The position numbers were made by a program, and so were the translations under genes. From Lepidodermella squamata (taxonomy: Eukaryota; Animalia; Gastrotricha): a DNA stretch of 64,000 nt. The notes beneath the pieces are model-generated. The model saw only the letters and a program-made list of their open reading frames with translations, did no database searches and was not told the DNA's origin. The first letter of the stretch is position 1, and the number at the start of each line of letters is the position of its first letter. Positions 40,001-53,052 of the stretch are shown here, one piece after another. The stretch spans positions 2,480,001 through 2,544,000 of the forward strand of contig JBLDXI010000033.1 of assembly GCA_047495785.1 (NCBI GenBank), read 5' to 3'.

Positions 40001-43000
40001 ACTGTTTGCCGCAAACGTCAGCGCAAGTGTAGCGACCGGTGTTCGGATCGCGACGAGTTTCGTAGCCGAGTTCAATGTTACATGTGCACTGAGCACCTGC
40101 GCCCAACCGGCCGCTCTGCGAGCACGTGCTGATCTTGGCAATGTCGCGGCACGGGCTGTAGTCGGTGTCGCAAATGCTCTTGAAAGTCGGGCTCGACATC
40201 GGGTCTTGGATCTGAACCATAACACCGACGCTGTTTTGAGCTTGGCTGTAGTAGAGGCGAAGAGCTGATTCAAACGAAGAGATCTGCACTTCCTTGTTGG
40301 CGTGAGCCTCGAATTCGACAAAGAATCCATTGTTCTTTTGGGCTTGACGAACAGTTCGAATGTAAATGCCAACGACATCGCTCTTGATTATCGACAGAGC
40401 GTTTTGCAGCTAGATAAAAATTAACACAATTTTAGAGAAATAAACTCATGTTTTTGCTTTAAATTTACATCTGCCATAACAGCGCGGGCGAAGTTCTGAT
40501 AAGCGACAGATTCTTTCTTGCCGAGGTCGCTGAAATAGCTGACGAGTTCACCGTCTGGCTTGTAGAATTTGTCGAACGACAGGCTGCTGACGTAGGTGTA
40601 GCGGACTACATTGCAAAAGAAGTAATTAGAAATAGGCAGTTAACAACATTATATCACAAACTCTGTTCGCAAGATTCGAGTTCGAGAAGAGTTGAGTCCT
40701 TCTTGAAGCGAGGGGTGTAACCAGGCGCGCAGCTGCATACGTACTGACCCAACGGAGCCGAGGTGCAGACTTTGCCGTCGCCAACACATGGGTTGTTGGT
40801 CAAGCAGCGGTTTTCGTCTATATTGTCGAAATAAATCTTGGTCTTTCAACAATTGATATTAAATTTAGCCTTACATCTGCAGGTCTTGTCGGCAAGCTGA
40901 GTGGAGCCAGGCGGGCACACGCATTGTGCGTAACCGTTGACGTTCGCGCACACGTAATTGGAACCGCACTGGTAGTTCTTGCAGGGATCATCAATCAGGC
41001 AGTGGAAGCCATCGCCCTTGGTGCCGAACGGGCAGTTGACACAAGAGAATGCCTCCCTCTTGAAGTCGGAACTCCTGGTCTTGTAGCAGGCAACGCCCGG
41101 GTAGCAAGGCCCAGTTGTACAAGCATTGTACTCTTCATCGCAGAACTTGCCCGTTTGGAACGGGAAGCACGTGCAGCGAGCGACGGAGTAGCGTTGGACT
41201 AAAAAACGAATGACATTGTATATTGGGACGTAACGTAATTTTGCTATTCATTCTGTTCAAATTACTTACAGTTATCAGTAGGAATGACGCCGAGGTTGGC
41301 AGCATCACGGTCATCGGAGAAATCGCAAGAACGTTCGTCGAGGCAGTTGCAAATGCGAACGGCGATCGGCGAGAAAACTGCAGCTCCGGACTCGCCGCGT
41401 TTAGCGACGATGTAGAAGGTGAACGGACCCTTGTACATGAAGGTATCCTTAGCCTCCTGAGTCAGGACGACAGTGATTTTGCCAGTTCGCGGGTCGATTT
41501 CGTAAAGGCGAGATGGGAAGTCGGTGTCAAGAGAGAATTGGAGATCCGGGGTGAGTTCGTCAACCCTTGGCGTGAAGGTGATGAAACCTTGGGCTGTCTG
41601 AATGTTGATGAGCCAAATGAACGGATTGTTGACGAAACGCGGCGGTCGTTCCACTGCAAAAAATCAATATATTACAGAAAAAACTGTAATTAAAAGATAG
41701 ATAACTTACTTTCTTGCCTGCGGCGCTCCTGGACGAGCTGAGCCTCGCGAAGAGTGTACTCGGCAAGTTTCTCGTCCTTGGTGATTTCGAAATCGTAAAT
41801 GCAGGCGATGTTACCTTTACACAATGGCATGTTATCGACGATAGAGGGCTTGCCACTTTCGTAGAAGGTCTTCGGCACGAAGTCATACTCAGTGTCGGCA
41901 ACAGCAGCTTTGAATAGGGAATCAGCTTTTGTAGCCTTGACAGACCACATTTTTCCGAAGTTTTCGTAGTAATCCTTGTCGCCGACGAGAGTAATTCCGT
42001 TGTCTTTGTACTCTTTCGGCGTGTACTTGGTTTTTCCATCAGGCAGTGTGTAGCCAGCCAATAGCCCAGTGCTGTCCTTAAGGTGGGTACGGGGCAGGCG
42101 AATGCGAAGGTGCAAATATGGCGCGCTTGTTGCGGTCTTGACAAACAACACCTCGAAACGCAGACCGTCGATGTAAGTCACCGTGACAGACCTAACAATA
42201 TTGCTTTCGACAGTTGAGAAAATCTCACCAGTCTTGTCGAAGTCTCCCTTTTGCAAGAAATCGTCGTTCTTGAGGTCGAGTACCTTATCCGCTCTAGTCA
42301 TCGACAACTTGCCGTCGCTGTCGAGCTCAACGATAATCCGATCGTACGAGTCAACTTTCCAGGCGACGCTTGACAGAGCTGAGCCGTCATCGCCAGAGCC
42401 AACGAAGCGGCCTTGGAGCGAGATTTTCTCGGATTTGAACAGGACGTAGTCGCCACGGCCCTTGAATGTAACTGCAGCGCCTTCAAAGTTGATCATATGC
42501 GGGTCACCGAAAACGCCAGCCGAAACCGGAGCCTGGTAGCCGGCGACGTAAGACGACGGCACGATGTAATTAGCAAGCACGCAGTGAGATGATCTGCCGC
42601 AGCACGCGTTGAGGGTCTCACGTTGCAACATGTCAAACTCTTCGACAATCATATGCGAGGTTCCCGAAGCTTGCAGCAGCAGAGCCTCATCGCGGTAGCA
42701 GCAGTAAGGTCGAATGTTGGCGGTCTTCTTGTTGCTGTTTCCGTCGAAGTAGTCAAGCGGGGATGTAAAGCGTTTGACGTAGCAGCGACGTCCGATCGGT
42801 CCGAACAGAGCCTGGAAACGGTCATCGAGACGCGCCTGAGCCTCTGTCCACGGGCAAGGATCAGCCGCGCCTCGGCTGAGAGCAACGTGGACGTAGTTGA
42901 GCTCGGTCATTTCTTTACGAGCTGAGTTCTTAGCCAAGGTGTCGAAGCAGTAGCGGTCATTCTCGGTCGAAACCTTCTTACTATTCGCAACGAGGAAGAC

Positions 43001-46000
43001 ATGGCGACCGGGAGGCACTAAAAATTTGAAGCAATTAAATGGCATAGAGTAAATGGCACTACAACCGGTGACTTACGAGCATAACGGCCTTTGAAGGCTA
43101 GCAGTTGGCTCGGAACGAAAGCACGGCAATCAGTGTTAGTTTCGCCGATGCTGACGCGGTTCAAGCAGAATCTGCGGCTTCCAGCCTGGAATCCGACGAA
43201 ACCACGATGGGGGTAGCGCAGTTGAGTACTGTCTGTGCTTTCATCGTCCCAGCTAGGTACAGAGGTCGACGACGGGTCGTAATTGACCATAACAATCGTT
43301 GCAGTGCCGTCGGAAGCCAGAACCATTTGCATGGTTACGTGGTCTAGGGTGTCGAAGGGTTGCAGCTTCAAATCAGTCCACGTGATGATCAGAATTGTTT
43401 TCGGGTTGAAGTTCTGAGAATCGACTCGGTCAAAGCCAGCAAAGTTGTACGGCGGGTAGGTGGCCTGGGCAAGTTGAACTGACTTGCGAATCTGCTCGAT
43501 GACAATCTGCCACTTCTCACTCATTGGCACCGAAGTAGTCGAGTCGTAGAATTGAATCTTGACGTTGCGAGTGTCGCGCACGAAATCAGCCCACAGAGGC
43601 GCAGCGATGTAGCCGTAAGTGTTCGGGAAAAAGCTGCGGAATTCAGTCGCCGTCATGTTCTTGCCGAAGGTAACAACACCATTCGGGGCAACGATGATCT
43701 TAAACTGCTTCGTATCGAAAAATGGGAAGCCGACTGGGATGCCGATTTTGTAGTGGCCTAGTCGTTCTTCGAGGTTGATCACGTCAGACAGTGGTTCGTC
43801 ATCGCCACGGCATAGCAGAACATCGGGAACACAGATATCGGGCTGCGGCTTAAGCGCTTTCACGTAACCGTCAGCGCATTTGCATTGGCGGGTGCCATCG
43901 TTGTTGTCGATGCACTCGGCGTTTTCACCACACGGCTTTCCAGCGCAAGCATCGATCTCTGTGAAAATTATCGTAGGGTCACTGATATTTAGCAATTGAT
44001 AATCTTACTTTCGCAAACGTTGGCTGCGTTCAAAACGTAGCCCTTCTTGCAAAGGCATTGAGGACCAACTTGGGCGAGATCGCGACAGCTGTGAGAGCTT
44101 GATTTATCGCAAGACCGGGCATAACAGTAGCTTGAGCATGAGTCCTTGACGGTCTCTGTGCTGAGGACGAAACCGGCGTTGCAGCGGCACTGCTTGCTAT
44201 TGTCGCCATTCTGGCAAGTGGCGAAGTATGAATCACAACCGCCAGACGCGCAGAAGTCCCTGACTTGCAACACTGAAACGTATCATCAAGTTATAAGATT
44301 TAGTAATTAGGGAAATAATTTGCAACTAACGGCTCAATGTCGTTTTGGTGGAGTCGATTCCCTTCAATCCTGCAGCTTCGCCGTTTCGAGAATCGATGTA
44401 AGTCTTCATACGAGCCGCCAAGCTGACGACGTCGTAATCGCGGTCCGGATAGACCTTGAACGAAACCTTGATCAAATCGCCAACCTTCTCGAACTTGTAG
44501 ATATAGGTGTACAAATCCAAGCGAGTAGGTTCGAACAACTTGACGAGGTCCTCAAGCTGAAATATTGAAATTTTCGTTACGAATCCATTCAAGCAAATAA
44601 ATTTACCCAGGGCTCCATAAGACGGGCAGTCTTCAGGAAAGCTTCAGAGTCAGGCCGGGCAAGGTCGTTGATCCAACCTCTCCACTGCTTTATCTGAGGG
44701 TCCCAGAATTGGCTGTATGTCAGCGAAAACAAGTAAGTTCGGTCGGCTGGGGTGCAGCCCCAACGCAGGGTTACGCCAAGGTTTGGCTTGAAACCGGCTT
44801 CGCTGTAAAAAGGGATGAGTAAAGGAAAGCACTTTATTTCGGGTCAATGCGTTACCATTCACAGTAGTAACCGCCAAGAGTGTTATGGCACATTGCCTTG
44901 GGGTCCGGGCACGAATTCGGGAAGTTGCATTCGTTGCGATCAACACATGTCTTTTCGTCCTTGGCGAGAACATAGCCGGAGTTGCAGGTGCAGGTGGCTC
45001 CTTCGACGGCGTCAAAAACGCAGTTTTGTGAGCAACCGTTGTCCTTAGGGCAGTCGTTCAGCTTGCAAATATGGCCATTGCCAGTGAAGCCTTCTTTGCA
45101 CTTGCAAGTGTAGCCACTGGGTTCATCTTTATTCACCGTGCACTCGGCATTTTCCCCACAAGGCTTGTTCGAGCAAACATTGATTTCACCCTGGCAGAAG
45201 CGATTGTTAACATTAGCCGGACAGTGGCACGGCAACAGGTAATAATGATCGATGCTTGATTCGCGGTAGAGTGATGTATGATTGTTCGGGAAGTCGTAGT
45301 CACACTGCTCTTCCTTGTCACAAGCGCAGACGTAGATGAAAGGAGAATACACGCTTCGGGCGGAAATTCCGTCTGGAAAAAATCACGGGTGTAATCAGGT
45401 CTTCAAGGCTAGCGTAAAATAATTACCGGTATTCTTGAAAGAATACAAATCGATGAAGTAGCTGTTGAATCGCCACGTGTCGGGTGCTTTTTCTGTATCA
45501 ATGGTGAAATCGCCGGTTTTTGTATCCAAAGTGTACATCGTGTCTGGGACATCGGTTATCACGCCGTAGCCATCAGGCGTAATCTTCTTTGGATCGGCAT
45601 CTGCTGGAAGGTGAATATTGGCCTCGTCATATTGAACGTAATCTGACAAAGAGCCGGAGAAGGATTTGTGTACGCTGAGGTACAGATCGTGGGGCGCATT
45701 CCACTGGGGTGTTCTAGCGGCAAAAGCACGGCGTTCGTTCGATATGATCTGGCCGCATTCGTAAGTATCAGCCGAGATTGTGTTGCTGCCAGTCAACAGT
45801 TGGTCGTATTGGCAAGCGGCATCACCCTTGCAGTCGCAAACCTTGTCCATATTTTCAACATTACTGAAAGATATTCATTATTTCAGGGATCAACCTTCAT
45901 ACGAATGAATAGCTTACATGGTCTTTGATACGTCTTGCCACAGAGCTGGGACGAACTTATCCCAGTCAGCATTCAGCGCATCCCAGGTTTCGCCATCCGA

Positions 46001-48513
46001 AGTTGGGAACGTGAAAATCGAATCGTCCTTGGACTTGACACGATAAGACTCGGCGAACTTCTTAACCTCCTCAGGGCTAGTAGGATTCGCTTCTACGTTA
46101 ACTATTTCGCGCTTAGACGATCCAACCTCTGGTTCTGGTTCGACCAGATCAGGCTGATCGACAATGTAGGTAAGCTTACCGTCGCCGTCGCCAATAAGAC
46201 CTTCAGGGCTATTAACTTGAATGCTTGCTCCTGGTAGAGCAACACTGAGACGTAGCAGAGCTTCGTCGACTAGTCGCACCTGGAACGTGTACATGGTTGG
46301 CTCCAATTTGCAGGCGATGTCGCAGAAGTTCAAGTTGCAACCAACGACGAACGTTGTGCTGTTCTCGCCGTAATACGGCTCGATAGTTTGCGCCGTGCCG
46401 TCGATTAGCAGCTCGAGCTTTTTAGCCTTGGTGATGCGAACCTCGGCGGTACGATCCTCATAGTCGGTGACTGAGCCAGCATCTTTAGGCAAATTGCAAC
46501 GCACGGCAACGGCGGTGATGAAACTTGTCTTCTGTCCCCCGAAAACGTTCTCGGTCATGCGAATTTGAACGTCAAGCCTAATCGAATGTACACTTCAATC
46601 AAAGCTAGCTCTACTTGCTATGAACTTACGGATTGCTTTTCAGCTTCATGTACTGAAACTCGCCGATGCCATTGAAGCTGTACTCGGTTGCGCCCAGCGT
46701 TTTGAAGTGACCCGCGCCTCTCGTGTAGGACTTGGGCGGTGGTGGATAGCGGTGGCATGAAACAGGCTTGTAGATGTCCTGGAAAACTTCGCACAGATCA
46801 GCGTTGGTACAGCACGATGTCTTAAGGCGATAGAAGTCAGCCTCGTAGCCTTTCGGAACGATGCCACCTGCGCCTGGTCCAGTAGTAACTAACGCGCCCG
46901 CCCTGAACAAAAAACAACAATAAGATTAGGATCTTATATAAACTTTCGTTTTTCACTCACTTATCGTAGCAGCAATAGGCACGAGCCAAATAACTCTTGT
47001 CTTTCCTCTCGACCAAGGTCGAAAACCTAGAAATGTGGCAAGAGCTGATGTGGTCAGGCTTCGTCGCTTCAAAGTTGGCTGGCAGGTAGTGCGTGTCAGC
47101 GTAGGCTTGTTGTTCGATGCAGGGGCAAACAAGGTCCGGATCTTTCGAGTTACCTTCCGCGTCCACGGAAACGACACCGAAGTCGCCATGCTCGGCAAAC
47201 TGCTTAGCAGCTTCCTTCATGCACACGGGATTGGCGTCACTGCTGAACGGCGGGCCGAAAACCTTGTAGATACGACCGCGCTGTGTCAGGAAAGTCATCT
47301 TTGCACAGACGTTGTCCATGTAAGGTGGATCTTGGAAAAGCTGCCTGACTGAGTCGATGGGCTGGCGAGTTGCCGAGTTTTCACCGGCAAAGCCGATGTA
47401 GACGTTGTCTAGTGGCAGGGTCCATTCGGTCCATTTCGGATCTTCAGCGTAAGACATGAAGCCGAATGAATTAGCTCCGTCAGTCACAAGGACGGCTTGG
47501 AATGTGATACGTGCCTTGTCTTCAGGTTGGAAGGTACCCGGAGCCTCGACGTCAACCCAAGTGGCGATGATAACTTGAGTCGGATTGAAGTCAGGAATGT
47601 TGATTTCTTCAAGCCATCCGTAGAATTTCGGATTTTCCTTCACCATTTCACTGAAAGTTTTCTCGTCTTCAGATCCCGTATTTCCGTAGTACCTGATATG
47701 GTCGATGAACAAGCCAGAACCAGATTTTTTAGCCGGCTCAAGATCAGTCCAGAACGGCGCGACGAACTTGATATGGCGATGAGTTGGGAAGGCGTCTCCG
47801 CCCAAGAAGGGCGCGGAACGAGTTTCGAAAGTGATCAGACCATCGAAATGGATGAAGATGTCAAAGAAGAGATCACCAAAGTATGGGAAACCTCCAGGCA
47901 CTTTGACGTGAAGAATGTCATCGCCTTTGTCTGAGAACTGCACGCCTTGTGAGTTGTTGTACACAATGATCGAGTCTGGGTAACAGGTTTTGCCGTCTCC
48001 CAGGTAGCCGAAGCCATCGATTCCGAGGAAGCCTTCATTGCTGTAGCAACATTGGCAGGAGTAGCTGCCGACTTTGTTCGTGCACGAGGCGTAGGGGCTG
48101 CAGAGCCGCTCCTTACACTCGTCCTTGTCGACGCAAAGCCCACCCTCGCTCCACTGATAGCCTTCGGCGCAGGCACACCTGTAGGGGTCCTTCGTCGATG
48201 GCCTGTCAATGCAGGCAACAGCGTTTTGCGAGCAAGTCGTATTTCCAGATGTGCAGTAGCTTTTGCAGTCCTTGCCGTCGCCGGCAAAGCCGCCGTTGCA
48301 CTTGCACTGAACAACGCTGAGGTCGCACTGACCGAAATCTGAACAGCCTTGGTTCGGCTTGCCAGGGTCGCATTTCGCTATAGAAATTAATCAAATACGT
48401 TTTTATGATGTTGATTATAAAAATTGAGGCTTACAATCTTGCGCCCGGCTCGCCGCGAGCATGCAGGCTGACAGCAGGAGACAAACGCTACTGCTGTAGG
48501 TCAGCCACTTCAT
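34064..48513 (-). CDS. Giant MUC4/SUSD2-like membrane mucin-type protein: signal peptide, EGFs, 3x [NIDO-AMOP-vWD-cadherin-like-EGFs-SEA], EGFs, TM, cytoplasmic tail (roughly 4,000+ aa)
   Basis: ATG at 48513 gives MKWLTYSSSVCLLLSACMLAASRAQD. NIDO motifs FVAPFWTDL...TFQAVLVTDG (47.9-47.4 kb), IAAPLWADF...TMQMVLASDG (43.8-43.1 kb), VVAPFWTDL...TFQLVM (39.3-38.6 kb). AMOP CPC..QA..D..CCY motifs. vWD starts GAGH, GDPH, GDPH. Many cbEGF domains (DRNEC, DVDEC, DIDEC). SEA-like WSNELADPSSQDFKDV. TM VVVGAVLGSACFVLILVILGCVCLV. Last exon ends ...AIYSNMDEESEEF* with TAG at 34064-66. AATAAA at ~33900. I did not resolve every internal splice junction. Confidence 0.88.
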
Positions 48514-48694
48514 TTTTAATATGTCTCTCGGAATCTATCCTAAAATGATTTTCAAAAGGTCAGTTTACTTATATCCCAATCTGAAGCGACTGTATCTATA
48601 TTCGAAAAAACTCAACCCTGTCTGTTCAGAATTATTTTGACTTATTGGGAATAGACATCGAGCACAAAAACGTAAATAACACTCCGCTACTGTT

Positions 48695-49230
48695 TTATCT
48701 CTCTAATGAGCGGAGTTTCTGAAGCCGGCACTGAGAGAAAATCGCTTATCTCTTAGCCCTGTACCGGCGATACTGCTTTGCTCACAACAGGCATGGCACC
48801 ACCAAGCCCGGTGACGTTCGGGTGCGGCGAAGCAAATAACACCTATTTTTTAATTACCACGAAAATGTCGCTGCAGCAACCGCCTTATCGAACGCGCCTC
48901 GCCACGCTTGATTACTTTTTTGTGATACCGAACCACCCACAAACATGGCGTGGCTCAAGTGCTGCTGTCGGCAACTTTTAGAGATAACGGAGTAATTAAA
49001 AATTGCCTTACTATCGAGAAGCTGGGATTTTTTGGTGATGCAACTGCAATGTATGGTTCCTAATACATTCTACAGAGTTGCTGCTGATAGGTGGAAATAT
49101 TGCTTGCACAAAAGTGGGCGTAACCTCACAAAAAGATATGTTTGACGACCGATATATTCACGCCCGTTTTATCTTTTTTGCTCGCTGATTCCCATGATAA
49201 CCATCAGGCGTGCGAAAATGGCCTCGATAA
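48695..49230. promoter_or_regulatory. Cluster of GATA-factor motifs upstream of the mucin-like gene
   Basis: GATAA/TTATC at 48695, 48746, 48885, 48983, 49169, 49196 and 49226 (7 sites in ~540 bp). Confidence 0.35.
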
Positions 49231-49516
49231 CAAGGAGAGACACGCAATCACGCACTAGTGAGTGGACAGTTTCCTTTCGTTCCAAGTCTTATTCTAACTT
49301 GGAACCCAAAAAGCTCGCATTTTCCTTGTTGCGAAGAATTATAATATCTTCTTCAGTAGGCTTTCCTGCTAGTTTTTTTGAAGCGTACGGTTTGATGGTA
49401 AAGTGAAATCATTAGATTAGAACCTTCGAACTCCATTTTCAGTCAGCTCAGCCACAGCTTCATCGAAAACCAGTCACGGCAGCCTTCGCACATCTGACTT
49501 CTATTGATCTGCGACG

Positions 49517-49668
49517 CAGGGCAGCAAATTGTTCTGAATCTTCCCGTAGCGTGCCAGATGATGCCTCAAATCTTCCCCAAATTTCCTATTCAATTTTTTT
49601 AAATTTTCCAAACTTCCCCAAACTTCCGGTAGCAATGCCACCGTGATACCGAACAATTTGCAGCCCTG
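49517..49668. mobile_element. 152-bp hAT-like MITE
   Basis: 18-bp TIR CAGGGCAGCAAATTGTTC / GAACAATTTGCAGCCCTG (1 mismatch). Imperfect flanking duplication atctg(cg)acg / atctgacg. Internal TTCCC-type motifs. Confidence 0.65.
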
Positions 49669-49811
49669 ATCTGACGTGTCAAAATTTGAAAATATGAAAA
49701 TCTCATGATCCTGTATGCAAATTCCGAATTTTTATTCACCGATTGAAAGTCTAAAACGAAATAATTATCCGAATGAAAAACTGGCAATTGTATATGATTA
49801 TCTCATGTCTC

Positions 49812-52800
49812 TCAGGGCAGTACGGAATTCCCGCCGTAACTCGCCGGACGAAACGCTGAGTCGGCCCTGCCGATCGTAGGGACTTGGACTGAAGATGAAG
49901 GCGATAATACGTTTCGCCTTCGAGCCGCCAGGTCAGCATCTGATTCCGCTCGGCCGGTACCAGCAGTTGTATTTTCGACGTTTTCTGCTTCGCTTTCCGC
50001 CTCCGTATCGGTCGAGGATGCAGACGAAAATCCCGAAGGTCTTGCCGCATCACCGCCAACTTCAATCACAACCGTGTGACTGCCGGCCCTGCTTTGACTT
50101 CTCATGTCTTGCGCCAGGTTGTTGGCCCGAGATGAGCCAACGCTTGAAGTAAATTTCACCTGGCCGAATTATAATATAAGTGATTTAGCCCGTTATTGAG
50201 TTCAAATGAAATTAAGTTACCTTATGCGTTGGCGGCATGCTTTGATAGTTGTCACGCCGAAACATCCAAAAGAAGTTGCGTATGGATGTAAAAAAGCTTG
50301 GCGACCTATCAGGCAATGGCAAAAGGGAGACGCGACTGCTAGCTGTGCTGATTCTGCGAGCAGTCGACTTTCGCCGCTGTCTTTCCGCCGGGCCAGCAGC
50401 AGCCATCATCCGCTCGCCATCGGTTTGCGTCGTCAAGCCACCGGCTAAAAACTGCCGCAGGGTCGCGGAATAAGGCCGGAACTTGCTGCTTTTCCAGCTT
50501 TCCTTTATGTCTTCATACACGTCGATGATGATTGCTATAAACAGGCTGAGGACAACGTAGATGTACAAGCAGATGAATGAATAAATGTAAATCCGGCTGA
50601 CGAGCCATATGATCATCGACTGGCCGTAAACAATTGATCCGAATGTTGTAGACATATCATCGCCGTTAAGCAATGAAAATAATTGTTCCGCTGTTACTGA
50701 TATTGACCGAAACTTTATGAGGTTAAAACCAGTAGTAAATAACAAAATTAGTTGCTTTGATATTTTACCTTTGTTGTATAAGGACCCAGGACGATCCACC
50801 CAAAGAACAGATAGCCGCAAAAGAAAACTAGGGCGCATAAAAGGAATCGAAGAACTTCGGGCACAGCCCGTTTGATAGTGATCAGCAGCAACTGAAAAAT
50901 ATATGTACGGTAAGTACCAAATGATTATCAAATTAATTCTATTACGCTCAATTTCTGGTAATAGTTGAGGTATCGCAAAATGGAGAACCAGCTTAAAAGC
51001 GTTCCAACCCCGAGCAGAATCGCGATTTCCTCGTAAAGGTCAACCGTACTCTGAAATTCGTAAACAAATAAAGATTTGCCAACTACGGCTGTTATAGGGA
51101 ATTAGCAAACCGTGTCAATGAGAATGACCCAAAGGATAGAGCCAGTGAACAAGAGAAAATCCGTGAACATGATGAGATACAGCCACAGATCGAGAAATTC
51201 CGAGCCACCATCTCGCTTCCACTTCAAATCGCGGTTGAGATACTTGTCGAAGTAGAAAATAGTCACGCGGCGCAGCCGTTCAGAACGTATTGCTGATCGA
51301 AGGCATAACACGAACGATAATACCGTGAGACCGAACACCACGATGATGACAACGTAGCGCCAAACAATTGTCATAGCTAAACGAAGAAATGACCTTTCGA
51401 TATAAAATAATAATCGAAACTTACAATCTCCTCCTAAATAGACAATATTGCTTCGGCAAGGCTTTTCGAACGCTGGAATAACTTCCAGTGTCTGAGTAAC
51501 AAGACCTGAGCGTTCCCAATTATCATACTCCATCTATAATGAATTGAATTGATGAAGTGAATTGATGCAGCTAAATTTGAGCGAATTCGATATTTTTACT
51601 GTTAGATAAAAGTTGATACAGCTTGGCTTCTGACTGACCAATATTCGATGATAGGTCACTGAATGAAGAGTGAACGATATTGACATGTGCAGAAACCTGG
51701 GAATACATCATTCGTTTTAAACAATCCAAATTTACTTGAAATTTTACGTTTGCAAGTTTATCGGAAGCTGTTCCTTGGTCATGTTCGTCGTTAGTTCGAC
51801 CTCAACTGCAAGACGTCACTCTAGTCATGAATCACGGCAGATTAATATTTAATAGGCTTACCAGTTTCTTGTTTGGCATCAAGCTCATAGACAACACCTT
51901 CCTCGTTGTAGAGTCGTGAATAATTCAGGTTGGTTATCGTTGCGATGAGCGGCTTCGTTCGATTCGTAACAGGGTCAAACTCGCGGAGATAGTGTCCAAC
52001 TCCAATGTTTTCGATGTCATAGTACGCTTCGATAAAGTGTTTGAGACTGATGTTAATCTGCCCCACCTCGTACATTTCAACGCAGTAATCGCAAGCCCTT
52101 TCTCTCGTGCCCATTGAATAACCTGGTTGAAATATGTGTCGCAAAGCGTCGGTATTTTTTTCTTGAAAAACGAGATGGGACGACCGATCGTAGCCGTAAA
52201 CGATCAATTGAACTGTTACAATTGCGATTTTGATCAACTCCAATATTAGCTTGAAGGGGAAAACGCGATGTTTCCGCCATTTCTCGACAGGAGACTAAAC
52301 AAAAAAAAATAAAAATTTATATTCGCCGGTCGGTGGAAATAATTGCTACAAAAATTCGATGAATTATGAAAACGAAAGTACTCTGTATCGAAATCTGAGT
52401 CCATTTACCATGACTCATGCAATTTTATAGGCCAAATTATTTGTGCCCTGTTATCATTTTGCTCAAGTATTATCTTTTTGCTCTTTTCTCCTTAGCGCAG
52501 GGTTCGTAAATTTTTCTAATAATTCAACTGACAATTTAGCAATTTAAGTGGAGGTTCGGCGAAATTCCTAATAGGTGATAGGTATCAGGTATCAGCTTAT
52601 GATCCGCTTCGTTCTTAATTTAAATGCTATTGTCCTAACCTCAGTCGATACTTCTTAGGGTAGGTAATTTGAGTTAGGAATCTCGTGAAATATTAAAAAA
52701 CGAGTAAAATATAATATAAATAAAAAATTTACCATGAAAAAGTATCGCAACTTCCTCTTTAGTGCACGTTCGCATTTCGACTTTGGTGTCGAGCCTTGCT

Positions 52801-53052
52801 GATAAATCACCCTCTCCAGGTTTTGCAGGCTCAATTTCGACTTCCTGGGAGCCCCGCTAGCTTCGTCCGCATTCGACGCTCGCTGGGCCGCTCCGTATCC
52901 GCTCGTCGATGTAACAGCAATAGACAGGCTATTTTCAGGCGCTGCTCGAGACAAAGCACATAGCCGTATTGATAACTTCAAGCTTTATTAGCTTACATAA
53001 TGGAATTGCTCGGATGATATCATCATTCGATTCACTAAACCGGCTCTGCCAT
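49812..53052 (-). CDS. MCOLN: Mucolipin / TRPML lysosomal cation channel
   Basis: KRKLRYFFM|SPVEKWRKHRVFPFKLILELIKIAIVTVQL (TRPML N-terminus/S1), LCLRSAIRSERL, FLDLWLYLIMFTD, pore LFSLLNGDDM, and IIWLVSRIYIYSFICLYIYVVLSLFIAIIIDVYEDIK (S6). Last exon 50159-49812. The ATG at 53052 is inferred. Confidence 0.95.
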
